Source of the DNA: Moraxella nasicaprae
Lineage (GTDB): Bacteria; Pseudomonadota; Gammaproteobacteria; Pseudomonadales; Moraxellaceae
NCBI RefSeq assembly: GCF_025643275.1
Contig: NZ_CP089977.1
Location: 1,710,001 to 1,742,000 of the forward strand
Direction: 5' to 3'
Length of the DNA: 32,000 nucleotides
Positions 9,991-17,936 of the stretch are shown piece by piece. The notes under the pieces are model-generated. The model worked only from the letters and a program-made list of their open reading frames with translations. It was not told the DNA's origin and made no database searches. The position numbers and the translations under genes were made by a program. The first letter of the stretch is position 1. Each line of letters starts with the position of its first letter.

Positions 9991-11166
9991 ATGAATAAGC
10001 GTTTTGCAATGACCGCATTAGCAGGTGTGCTTGGTGCAATGATGTTGGCAGGTTGTGGCACAAAAGCCATCAAGCCAGATGATAGAAAACCAGCCAAATT
10101 GATTCCGATTTCAGCACCGATGACAGTGCTAACCCCTGTGTTTAGCACCAAGTTGGAGCAGGGTGGTTCAATCATTAAGCGTGGTAAGCATCACGGTAAA
10201 GATGTGGTGGATTTGCAAATTGCCCCAACTGCTGACGGATTGATTGCAGCCAGTCGTGGCGGTTCGGTTACTCGTTTTGTGGGTAATTCGCCTGCTTGGT
10301 CGGTCAATCTAAAACAGCCCATCACCAGTGCTGCCGCTATCGGTGGCGATGAATTGGTGGTTGTGGGTGCTCGTTCAGGCAATATCATTGCTTTGAATGC
10401 CAAGACAGGCGAGACGCTTTGGCAAACCGCTTTGCCATCAGCCAGTCTTGCTCCTGCATTGATTACTGGCAATCGAGTGATTGTCTCAACCAACAGCAAT
10501 GTGGTTTATGGACTTGATGCCAGCAATGGTGCGATTGCTTGGCAGTATTCAATCCAAGCCCCAACAGTCACGGTGCGTGGCATGGCAAAACCTTGGCAAT
10601 TAGATGCTCGCACGGCATTGGTTGGTGGTGCTGATGGTCGTGTTCACGCTTTGGATATTGCAAGTGGCACCCCTGTTTGGATGGGGCGTGTTGGTCTAGC
10701 GTCAGGCACTGGCGATGTGGCAAAACTGCGTGATGTCGATGGCGTACCAACCATGGCAGGCGATATTCTGTATGTAGCAAGCTATGGCGGTCAGTTGATG
10801 GGTTTTGACATGAGACAGGGTCAGCCGATTTTTGCCAGCAAACTTGCCAGTACAGGTTCAGTGGCAGCATTGGGTTCTTTGGTGATTGGGGCTAATATTG
10901 ATGGCGAGGTCATTGGTTTTAACCGTTTGACAGGCGAGCAAGTTTGGCAAAATGACGAACTAAAATTTCGTGGTCTGACCAATGCAGTCACAGTCGGTCA
11001 ATATGTGGCGATTGGCGATAAAGATGGTGTGATTCATCTGTTTGATGAAACGGGCAAAATCGTTAGTCGCTTGAACACTAAGCAGCCTTTGACCAGTTTG
11101 CAAGTGCATCAAAATCGCCTATACGCCCAAAGTACCAATGGCGTGGCGAATGTTTGGCAATTTTAA
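9991..11166 (+). CDS. bamB: outer membrane protein assembly factor BamB
   Basis: Lipobox MMLAG|C. Repeated beta-propeller (PQQ-like) blades are present (ALNAKTGETLWQ, GLDASNGAIAWQ, ALDIASGTPVW, GFNRLTGEQVWQ). The gene sits upstream of der, as expected from synteny. Confidence 0.9.
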   Translation: MNKRFAMTALAGVLGAMMLAGCGTKAIKPDDRKPAKLIPISAPMTVLTPVFSTKLEQGGSIIKRGKHHGKDVVDLQIAPTADGLIAASRGGSVTRFVGNSPAWSVNLKQPITSAAAIGGDELVVVGARSGNIIALNAKTGETLWQTALPSASLAPALITGNRVIVSTNSNVVYGLDASNGAIAWQYSIQAPTVTVRGMAKPWQLDARTALVGGADGRVHALDIASGTPVWMGRVGLASGTGDVAKLRDVDGVPTMAGDILYVASYGGQLMGFDMRQGQPIFASKLASTGSVAALGSLVIGANIDGEVIGFNRLTGEQVWQNDELKFRGLTNAVTVGQYVAIGDKDGVIHLFDETGKIVSRLNTKQPLTSLQVHQNRLYAQSTNGVANVWQF

Positions 11167-11187
11167 TCAGCCAACCTGACAAAAAAT

Positions 11188-11230
11188 TCCTTTGTCGTTC
11201 AATGAATGGCAAAGGATTTGCTGTTTTTTT
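11188..11230 (+). terminator. probable Rho-independent terminator after bamB
   Basis: tcctttgtc (11188-11196) pairs with ggcaaagga (11208-11216) with one mismatch. tttgctgttttttt follows. Confidence 0.5.
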
Positions 11231-11271
11231 ATTGATTATCCATCTGCCCCAAAAATTTTGAGAGTATTATC

Positions 11272-12687
11272 ATGAGTGTAAAGCCTGTCGTTGCCTTGAT
11301 TGGTCGTCCCAATGTTGGCAAATCCACTTTATTTAACCAGCTGACCAAGTCCCGACAAGCATTGGTGGCGGATTTGGCTGGTTTGACACGAGATCGTCAA
11401 TATGGCGATGCTACTTACGAAAATAAGTCTTTCATCGTGGTTGATACAGGTGGTATTGGCGAGATGGACGATGGGCGTGGCAATATTGATGATTATATGG
11501 CGACGCAGTCTTATACTGCCATTCATGAAGCGGACATCATTGTTTTTGTGGTTGATGCTCGTGTGGGTATGATTGGGGCGGATAGTGAAATCGCCAAATT
11601 TTTGCACACTTTGGGTAAGCCTGTCTATCTGGTGGCAAACAAAATGGACGGTGTGCATGAGGCGGCGTCGGCAGAATTTTTTGCGTTGGGATTTGGCGAA
11701 CCATTTCCGATGGCAGCAAGTCATGGCAAGGGTGTGAATAATTTACTGGAAGTTTTGACCGACAAGATGTCAGAAGATGACAGCGAGGAGCTGGATAATG
11801 ATGCCCTAAAACTTGCCATCATTGGCAGACCTAATGTGGGCAAATCAACTTTGGTCAATCGCTTGCTTGGCGAAGAGCGTGTGGTGGTGTTTGATATGCC
11901 TGGCACGACAAGGGATAGTATCTACATTCCTTTTGAGCGAGAGGAGCGTCAGTATGTGCTGATTGACACCGCAGGCGTGCGTCGTCGTGGCCGCATTGAT
12001 GAAAAAGTAGAAAAGTTCTCTGTTGTCAAAACTTTGCAAGCCATCAAAGATGCGAATGTGGTCGTGGTGGTGATTGATGCCAAAGAGGGTATTGTCGATC
12101 AGGATTTGCACATGCTTGGCTATGCACTGGACGCAGGTCGTGCCATTGTGGTGGCGATTAACAAATGGGACGGTCTAACCCAAGAACAAAAAGACATTGT
12201 CAAGATTGAGATTGACCGTCGTTTTAATTTTGTGCCATGGGTAAAGATTCATCTGATTTCTGCCTTGTATGGCAATGGCGTGGGCAACTTATACCCTTCT
12301 ATTCATAAGGCGTATGATGCGTCAATGTTTAAAGTTTCTACCAGTCGCCTGACTAGAATCTTAGAAGATGCGGTGGTCAATCACCCACCGCCCATGGTTG
12401 GTGGTCGCCGAATCAAACTAAGATATGCTCATCTAGGTGGGCATAATCCACCTGTGATTGTCATCCATGGTAATCAGACGCAAGCACTGCCCAAAAGCTA
12501 TCAAAGATATTTGGAAAACATTTATCGTGATGTGTTTAAACTTGAAGGTACGCCTTTGCATGTCGAGTTTAAGCAAAATGCCAACCCTTATGAAGGTAAA
12601 AAGAATCCAAAAGTCAAAAATAAAGCCAAAGCAATGCGAGATAAAAAACGCATTGCTCAGTTCAAAAAACGAGAGAAAAAGCGTTAA
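11272..12687 (+). CDS. der: ribosome-associated GTPase Der (EngA), tandem GTPase domains
   Basis: Two G domains (GRPNVGKST appears twice; DTGG/DTAG; NKMD/NKWD), followed by a KH-like domain and a Lys-rich C-terminal tail. Confidence 0.97.
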   Translation: MSVKPVVALIGRPNVGKSTLFNQLTKSRQALVADLAGLTRDRQYGDATYENKSFIVVDTGGIGEMDDGRGNIDDYMATQSYTAIHEADIIVFVVDARVGMIGADSEIAKFLHTLGKPVYLVANKMDGVHEAASAEFFALGFGEPFPMAASHGKGVNNLLEVLTDKMSEDDSEELDNDALKLAIIGRPNVGKSTLVNRLLGEERVVVFDMPGTTRDSIYIPFEREERQYVLIDTAGVRRRGRIDEKVEKFSVVKTLQAIKDANVVVVVIDAKEGIVDQDLHMLGYALDAGRAIVVAINKWDGLTQEQKDIVKIEIDRRFNFVPWVKIHLISALYGNGVGNLYPSIHKAYDASMFKVSTSRLTRILEDAVVNHPPPMVGGRRIKLRYAHLGGHNPPVIVIHGNQTQALPKSYQRYLENIYRDVFKLEGTPLHVEFKQNANPYEGKKNPKVKNKAKAMRDKKRIAQFKKREKKR

Positions 12688-12777
12688 AAGTGGCTTGATG
12701 GCTTTTTGGTGATTTTAAGCAAAGCGGCATTTACCATGTCATGGTTGATGTCGTTTTTATTTTGATGAGAAAAAATA

Positions 12778-12963
12778 ATGAGTCTAAAAAATTTATTAAA
12801 ACAAGCCAAACAATCCCCATCATCACCAAGCGGACGCAATTTGGTTGCATTAAATCCATTGCTAAAAAAGGGCGGTGTGCATGATGCAGATGATACCAAA
12901 GCCCGTCATAAAAAATCTCGACAAGCATCAAAATTAACCCTAAAACGCCAAGATTGGGCGTGA
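12778..12963 (+). CDS. possible small basic protein (61 aa), unassigned
   Basis: The ORF MSLKNLLKQAKQSPSS...KKGGVHDADDTKARHKKSRQASKLTLKRQDWA lies in the der-rnhB spacer. The SD is weak, and overlapping minus-strand ORFs of similar size exist. Coding status is uncertain. Confidence 0.3.
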   Translation: MSLKNLLKQAKQSPSSPSGRNLVALNPLLKKGGVHDADDTKARHKKSRQASKLTLKRQDWA

Positions 12964-13018
12964 TGTTGACAGATTTAAATTTTGCATTAAGGTTGGTGTA
13001 GCAGGCGTGATGACCGCA

Positions 13019-13744
13019 TTATGGCTGAACGCCTGCTGATGGATTTTGTCGCACCAAACTACGAATGGGCTCAAAACTTCGACGATGTTCTGGCAGAACG
13101 CCGTGCGTCAATATCGCCTCCTTGTGCTTGGCAGTGCCATATCCTTTATGGCTGTGCAGTCCATAATCTGGATATTGGTGAGCATAATGCTCCATTTGTC
13201 TGTCTCGATGTACCTTTGCCAAAATACTGGCACAAGCAACACTGCTATGTATGGCATCGCCCTTAATGAGTGTGCGAATGTCAAATTGAGCAAATGGTGC
13301 CAACAGTGTTGGGCTGGCATCGCCATCAACAAAAATTTTGGTATCAGTCATGCTGGGCTGATGATGAACAAGTAGGGTACTGATGGCAAGACTCATGCCA
13401 AGCAAAGTTGCTTGACGAATATTGATGGCGTCAATCACGCTGACAGGCACATCGACCAGTACGGCTGAATGACAATCAGACAAGATGGCATCGTACAGCT
13501 TTTCTCGGCGTTTGGCGGTGAGTTTTTTACTGTCATTTAATAAGGCAAACAAACCATCGGATAAGTTAATCTCGTCAAAATACCCTGTCAGTTCATCGGG
13601 CATGATGACCGCCCCAATGCTCACATGCCCAAATAATGAGCCACGCCCAACTTCATCAACACCAATGCAAATGGTGCCACTTGGTGGGGTGTTGTGCGTT
13701 TGGTGTATGGTGCATTGATTTTGATGATGAGTTAAATCCATCAT
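13019..13744 (-). CDS. rnhB: ribonuclease HII
   Basis: Contains GVDEVGRGSLFGHVSIGAVIM (catalytic DEVGRG), DSKKLTAKRRE, GDA...VACASILAKV and GYG. The start overlaps the lpxB stop (ATGA at 13741-13744). Confidence 0.9.
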   Translation of the reverse strand: MMDLTHHQNQCTIHQTHNTPPSGTICIGVDEVGRGSLFGHVSIGAVIMPDELTGYFDEINLSDGLFALLNDSKKLTAKRREKLYDAILSDCHSAVLVDVPVSVIDAINIRQATLLGMSLAISTLLVHHQPSMTDTKIFVDGDASPTLLAPFAQFDIRTLIKGDAIHSSVACASILAKVHRDRQMEHYAHQYPDYGLHSHKGYGTAKHKEAILTHGVLPEHRRSFEPIRSLVRQNPSAGVQP

Positions 13745-14961
13745 GAGTGATGACCTGTCATGTTTTGTTGAAAAAATTGCAACACGGTTGCCGCAGGATT
13801 ATGATGACTGTCTTGACGCAATTTTTGGCAAGTGCTGGCAAGTTTGTCGGTTTGTTTTGTTGGGTTATCCAAAATTGTGTTGATGTGCCAAGCAATATTG
13901 TCACCATTGGCTTGCTGTTGAATCAGTTCTGGCACAATCGGCTCGCCAATTTGTTCGTTGGATAGGATATTTGGCAAGCTGACATAAGGGATTTTAATCA
14001 ATTTTTTGGCAAGCACATAGCTAAGCGTGTTTAGTTTATACACCACCACCATTGGGCGTTCCAGTAGCAGCGTTTCAAGCGTTGCCGTGCCTGACGCTAA
14101 GACCACAGCGTCTGATGCGTTCATCGCCTGCTGACTGATTGACAATGTATCAGCACTGCCGTAGATGATGTGGATTTTTGGCAATAGAGTGGGACTTTGT
14201 TCATCAATCATCGTTTGTACAAGCTGGGCGTGTTCTTGGCTGACGACAGGCAACACAAAATCAGTCTGCCCATCGTCCAGCTGCTGCATCGCCTGTATTA
14301 AAATGGGTAAAATGGCGGTAATTTCAGAGCGACGAGACCCTGCCATCATGCACAACAGCTTGTCTTGAATCTGTGCCAATGTTGGAAAATTATCACGATG
14401 TTTACTGATAAATTCTTGACGAATGTGTGGTAAATCCCTACTGTCTTTATGTAGTTTTTCTAATAAATGATGACCGACACACACGGCAGGGTGCTGATGT
14501 TTTTGATAGACACTCAATTCAAAAGGAAACAGACAAAGCACCAAATCGCAGGACATCTTGATGTTATGAATGCGGTTTTCTCGCCATGCCCACACTGACG
14601 GGCTGACATATTGCACACGAAAGATTCCTTGATTTTGCAAGGCTTTACCAAGTCTAAGATTAAAATCTGGGGCGTCAATACCCACAAAGATATCGATTTT
14701 TTGGCGGGCAAATTGTGCTAAAATCTCTTTTTTTGCCCCAAATAAATCAGGCAAATGCTTAATGACTTCCACCAGTCCCATCACTGATAAGCGATTCATG
14801 TCAATGATAGAGTGCAGTCCTGCCTGCATCATCTGTGTGCCACCCACGCCCACCCATCGGATATTTGGGTATAGAGCGTTCATTTTGTGCATAAAGTCAG
14901 CACCCAAAGCATCGCCTGATACCTCGCCTGCCACAATGCCAATCGTTAGTTGTTTTGCCAT
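13741..14961 (-). CDS. lpxB: lipid-A-disaccharide synthase
   Basis: Contains MAKQLTIGIVAGEVSGDALGA, GVGG, IDAPDFNL and SGTATLE. ATG 14961 is preferred over the longer track start at 15042. Confidence 0.92.
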   Translation of the reverse strand: MAKQLTIGIVAGEVSGDALGADFMHKMNALYPNIRWVGVGGTQMMQAGLHSIIDMNRLSVMGLVEVIKHLPDLFGAKKEILAQFARQKIDIFVGIDAPDFNLRLGKALQNQGIFRVQYVSPSVWAWRENRIHNIKMSCDLVLCLFPFELSVYQKHQHPAVCVGHHLLEKLHKDSRDLPHIRQEFISKHRDNFPTLAQIQDKLLCMMAGSRRSEITAILPILIQAMQQLDDGQTDFVLPVVSQEHAQLVQTMIDEQSPTLLPKIHIIYGSADTLSISQQAMNASDAVVLASGTATLETLLLERPMVVVYKLNTLSYVLAKKLIKIPYVSLPNILSNEQIGEPIVPELIQQQANGDNIAWHINTILDNPTKQTDKLASTCQKLRQDSHHNPAATVLQFFQQNMTGHHS

Positions 14962-15192
14962 GTTATTGACCAAGTTGTTATTTGTTGTCATTGTAAGGTT
15001 TTTGACACTAGCTTGCAAATGGCTTTTGTATATTTGGTGCAATCATGATGAAATTGACCCATCAACATGATTGAATAAACATGGGCTGGATTTGGGGCGT
15101 GATTTAATCAAGCAAGTTGGTATTTTGACGAGCTGATGGACTGGAATGCACTCGCCATCGAGCGAAACAGTCCAGACTAGCCAATAAAAAGT

Positions 15193-15215
15193 CCCGCCAG
15201 ATGGTGGGGTTTTTT
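15193..15215 (+). terminator. terminator-like hairpin plus T-run at the chromosome/prophage junction (possibly bidirectional)
   Basis: CCCGCC (15193-15198) pairs with GGTGGG (15203-15208), including one G.U pair, followed by tttttt (15210-15215). It abuts the stop of the convergent gene 15217..15600. The minus-strand version has an A.C mismatch. Confidence 0.35.
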
Positions 15216-15216
15216 A

Positions 15217-15600
15217 TTAAAAGAGACCAAGAATACTGACAATGAGAGCAAAACCGCCAAACACCAAGATGGCAAGTACAACAAGCGTAAAAAAGATGAT
15301 GACCAGATTGCCAAAAAGTCCAAGAGAACGGTTTTGGCGTGGTTGGTTATTGCATTTTTGTAATTTTCTCATCTCGTCTGCTTCAAACTGTTTGCGAAAA
15401 ATTTCAGTTTCTTGCATTCGTTTTTGATGTTCTATTCTGTCGGCGTCTAGTTGTCTTTGTAATTTTTCGGTATTTTTTCGAATTTCAGGAAGTTTAGAGA
15501 TATACGAGTCAATGCTTTCATCAGCTTCGATTGACTGCCAATATTCTTGGCGTTCTCTAACTGTTTTACAATCCGAGAATAATTTTAAATTTGACGACAT
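15217..15600 (-). CDS. tail-anchored coiled-coil membrane protein, function unknown
   Basis: 127 aa. The N-terminal ~95 aa are charged heptad-like (EKLQRQLDADRIEHQKRMQETEIFRKQFEADEMRKLQK). The C-terminal segment is hydrophobic (LGLFGNLVIIFFTLVVLAILVFGGFALIVSILGLF). ggag lies upstream of the ATG. Confidence 0.55.
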   Translation of the reverse strand: MSSNLKLFSDCKTVRERQEYWQSIEADESIDSYISKLPEIRKNTEKLQRQLDADRIEHQKRMQETEIFRKQFEADEMRKLQKCNNQPRQNRSLGLFGNLVIIFFTLVVLAILVFGGFALIVSILGLF

Positions 15601-15648
15601 TTTACGCTCCGGTGAATGTGTTTTTATTTTAAAGGATAGGTATTTAAA

Positions 15649-16086
15649 ATGTCAAATCTTTCATTAAATGTCAGCTTAAAATTAAGTGATGAATTAACTG
15701 CCAAGTTAGAAAAAGCCGTACAACCAGCAAAAGAACTGGCTGATAAGTTTTCCGATTTAAAGGAGCAAGCAGAGCAACTTAAAGTACCAAATTTAAATAC
15801 AAACTCGCTGGATAAATTTCAACATGAAGTTCAGAGTGTGATTGAAAAAACACAAGATTTACATAAAAAAATACACCAATTAGGCACAGTTAAAGAAAAA
15901 CTTGGCAAGATGAATGATTTGCTGACAAAAAACGGTACGGGAGGGGCAAAACTGTCCGAAGCTCAGAAAAAATCAGTGCCGACATCAAAAAAACCGAAGT
16001 CGCTATCGTCGCCCAACAAAGCACACCATCTAGGCATCAATCATGTCCATTGTTTCCACTTACTTTTTGCTGAATTTACGGGATAA
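15649..16086 (+). CDS. coiled-coil ORF, possibly a truncated and frameshifted tape-measure N-terminal fragment
   Basis: MSNLSLNVSLKLSDELTAKLEKAV... resembles tape-measure N-termini. After the A6 run at about 15964-15969, another frame reads more naturally (ISADIKKTEVAIVAQQ). The ORF then ends in non-helical junk. Confidence 0.35.
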   Translation: MSNLSLNVSLKLSDELTAKLEKAVQPAKELADKFSDLKEQAEQLKVPNLNTNSLDKFQHEVQSVIEKTQDLHKKIHQLGTVKEKLGKMNDLLTKNGTGGAKLSEAQKKSVPTSKKPKSLSSPNKAHHLGINHVHCFHLLFAEFTG

Positions 16087-16124
16087 AATGTTGTATAGTT
16101 GAATGTTTTTTATTTGATTCTGCC

Positions 16125-16151
16125 ATAAAAAAACCGCCCTATTAAGGCGGT
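16125..16151 (-). terminator. Rho-independent terminator (minus strand)
   Basis: On the minus strand the hairpin reads ACCGCC-ttaatag-GGCGGT, followed by ttttttt (plus-strand A-run 16127-16133). Confidence 0.55.
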
Positions 16152-16174
16152 ATCAAGATTGAAATTAAGACAAT

Positions 16175-16224
16175 AAAAAAGCCAAATATTTTACGCAAAA
16201 AAGCATAAAATACTTGGCTTTTAT
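16175..16224. terminator. bidirectional terminator-like hairpin flanked by an A-run and a T-run
   Basis: gccaaatatttta (16181-16193) pairs with taaaatacttggc (16205-16217), a 13-bp stem with one mismatch. aaaaaa lies 5' and ttttatt lies 3'. The 3' arm contains the -35 of the cassette A promoter. Confidence 0.5.
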
Positions 16225-16241
16225 TATACACTAGTGTATAA
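16213..16241 (+). promoter_or_regulatory. sigma70 promoter of cassette A with an operator-like palindrome
   Basis: TTGGCT (16213-16218), a 17-nt spacer, then TATAAT (16236-16241). The perfect 18-bp palindrome ttatacactagtgtataa (16223-16240) overlaps the spacer and the -10. Confidence 0.6.
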
Positions 16242-16329
16242 TATACACAACTTGGCAAGAATGGCAGTTCTTGACTAAGGAAGCCCCCAACAAGATGTTG
16301 GGATTTTATCAACCAACAAGGAGAACGAC

Positions 16330-16446
16330 AATGCGTAACATTGTGAAAATCGCCATTATCGTTTTGCTTTGCCTGCTTTTAAAATCAAGCGGCAACTAAT
16401 AAGCAAACAAGCTGGTTCAAGGAAGAGCCAGCCCCTTGTTACCTGA
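16330..16446 (+). CDS. small hydrophobic peptide ORF of cassette A (type-I-toxin-like)
   Basis: AAGGAG (16317-16322) lies 7 nt before ATG 16330. The N-terminus is MRNIVKIAIIVLLCLL. By my count the frame runs 39 codons to TGA 16444-16446, with tail KIKRQLISKQAGSRKSQPLVT. The frame passes a T/A homopolymer junction at about 16376-16384 that I could not count with full confidence. One base fewer would give a 22-aa peptide ...LLLKSSGN* ending near 16398, colinear with cassette B. Confidence 0.4.
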
Positions 16447-16447
16447 T

Positions 16448-16476
16448 ACTTTAACCCATTTTTCAAGGAAAATCAA
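16448..16476 (-). promoter_or_regulatory. candidate antisense promoter of cassette A
   Basis: The minus strand reads TTGATT (16476-16471), a 17-nt spacer, then TAAAGT (16453-16448). The -35 sits 1 nt from the RHH start codon. Cassette B has the same geometry. Confidence 0.4.
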
Positions 16477-16477
16477 G

Positions 16478-16675
16478 ATGCCATCAATGACGCAAGCTCA
16501 ACATAAAGCAAAAAGCTCATACCGTGCCAAATCACTTAAAAACATGAGTTTGCAATTTAGCCAGCACGACAAAGAAGCCTATGAGGCATTATGCCAGCTT
16601 GAAGCGGTGTACGGCTCGGCAAGTGGGGCAATTAAACAGGCATTGATTGCACACGCCAAACAGTTGCAAAACTAA
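16478..16675 (+). CDS. ribbon-helix-helix (CopG/Arc-like) protein, cassette A
   Basis: AAGGAA lies 8 nt upstream of ATG 16478. The 65-aa product is MPSMTQAQHKAKSSYRAKSLKNMSLQFSQHDKEAYEALCQLEAVYGSASGAIKQALIAHAKQLQN, with a beta-strand then helix-helix pattern. It aligns by eye with the cassette B RHH (TxAQxxAxS...KxxSxxF). Confidence 0.6.
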   Translation: MPSMTQAQHKAKSSYRAKSLKNMSLQFSQHDKEAYEALCQLEAVYGSASGAIKQALIAHAKQLQN

Positions 16676-17222
16676 ACAAGCCCTGCCGCCACAAATCCGC
16701 CAAAACGACCCTCATTGTTTCTAAGCCGACAATGGGCAAATAGCCCTGAGCATTTGTCCTGTGTGGGGTCGGTGGTGGGTTTGCCATCTTGTGTATAGCG
16801 TTTTGTGCCTGTATAGCCGCATTCTTCGCCACGATAACGCCCACACACCGCCCAATGGCAGTAAGCAGTGATGTTTCGCACAGGGATTTTTAAGCTCTCA
16901 AAGTCGGTGGGGTTGGATAGCTCAAACTGTACAATGCCTTGTGGGTCATCGGCTGTTTTTTGCTCGATGTACCAGATTTGCTCTTTAAAATTCTGGGCAT
17001 CATTACTGGTTAGGTACTGAGCCAGCGTCTGCGTTACGGTCAGTTTCGCTCCTGCAAAGTCATCAAATCGTTGGCATAGGGCGGATATTGCCCCTTGTAT
17101 GCCGTGCCTGCTATGCTGGTTATCCATTTGATAGATGAACGATTGTAGCCGGTGGCTTTGTGGATGTTGTGGCTAAAATGCACCGTATCAGCACCCAGAA
17201 CAATATTGATGCGTAAAGACAT
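16672..17222 (-). pseudogene. phage minor tail protein L remnant (internal deletion plus frameshift)
   Basis: The C-terminal frame (16672..17127) carries the lambda gpL signature: CHWAVCGRYRGEECGYTG...DKCSGLFAHCRLRNNEGRFGGF (compare gpL CTWTYRGDECGYSG...DKCSKCLSGCKFRNNVGNFGGF). The N-terminal piece MSLRINIVLGADTVHFSH...SSIKW (from ATG 17222) is in another frame. About 30 codons between the two pieces are missing. Confidence 0.7.
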
Positions 17223-17232
17223 TACTGACTCC

Positions 17233-17260
17233 AATAAAAAAGCACTCTAATGAGTGCTTT
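17233..17260 (-). terminator. Rho-independent terminator of the 17290..17679 gene
   Basis: agcactc (17241-17247) pairs with gagtgct (17252-17258) around loop taat. The minus strand continues with ttttttatt. Confidence 0.6.
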
Positions 17261-17289
17261 TAATCTAAATTACTTTTGGCGATGGTGTG

Positions 17290-17679
17290 TTAATAAGGTG
17301 CTTTTTTTAGCATGGTTTTTGCAAACTTGACACTTGATTCTATCACCACCCACCTGCCGTCATCAAAAAGTAGCACCAGCGGTACTCGGCGTTTGCTTCT
17401 GGCAAATAAGGATAAACCGCTTAGCAATAAAGTTGCCAAGCCATTACCTGATGCAAAAGCAATGACTGTGGATAAGCCTGAAACAGTATGCACGGCATTA
17501 AGTTCACTATTAAGACTGTCGTACTGTGTATCTGTTAATACATTTGCCGCAACCAGCCTATCGTCAGCGATGACCTCCGTTTTTTTAGCCCCCAGCGGCA
17601 AAAGAACAAACCGCCCAAAGCTATAATGCAAGTCCTTACTGCTATCAAAATGCTCTGAATGTAAAATTTTTGCTTGCAT
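17290..17679 (-). CDS. hypothetical protein (129 aa), orphan
   Basis: AAGGA lies 8 nt upstream of ATG 17679 (MQAKILHSEHF...). The central segment is hydrophobic (GLSTVIAFASGNGLATLLLSGLSLF). The gene has its own terminator. No family recognised. Confidence 0.5.
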   Translation of the reverse strand: MQAKILHSEHFDSSKDLHYSFGRFVLLPLGAKKTEVIADDRLVAANVLTDTQYDSLNSELNAVHTVSGLSTVIAFASGNGLATLLLSGLSLFARSKRRVPLVLLFDDGRWVVIESSVKFAKTMLKKAPY

Positions 17680-17936
17680 ATTAAAAATCCTTACTAAGAA
17701 CTGCATCGAATGTTGCTGCCAAACAGACTGTTTGCAAAACCAAAAATCAAGAAAGTCTCTCGTGACAGGCTAAGCCAAACTTGGTCAAGTGATGATGGTA
17801 TATAACAATATTAGCACATCACATCCTCAGTAGATAAAAAGTCATCAGATGCCATGATACATCAGCCATGAGAAAGTGTCAAAACATCACTTAAATAGCG
17901 GTTTGGGATTATCTTTTCATTCGGCTTTCTGTCTGG

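Noticed and set aside
12778-12963. Small basic ORF as an ArfA-like ribosome rescue factor
   Set aside because: Only a vague A-L-x-x-P-L-L-K-K resemblance exists, and the diagnostic KGKGSY motif is absent. It is kept only as a low-confidence hypothetical ORF.
13021-15070. Plus-strand ORFs (60-109 aa) across rnhB and lpxB; minus-strand ORFs within PPIase, ispG, bamB and der
   Set aside because: All lie antisense to genes with strong family motifs. They have no SDs and their composition is atypical. They are shadow ORFs.
15043-15216. tRNA or tmRNA gene or fragment as the prophage attachment site
   Set aside because: No T-arm (GGTTCGAATCC-like) or acceptor/CCA features are visible, and no matching direct repeat was found elsewhere in the window. 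The other prophage end is off-window, so att cannot be defined here.
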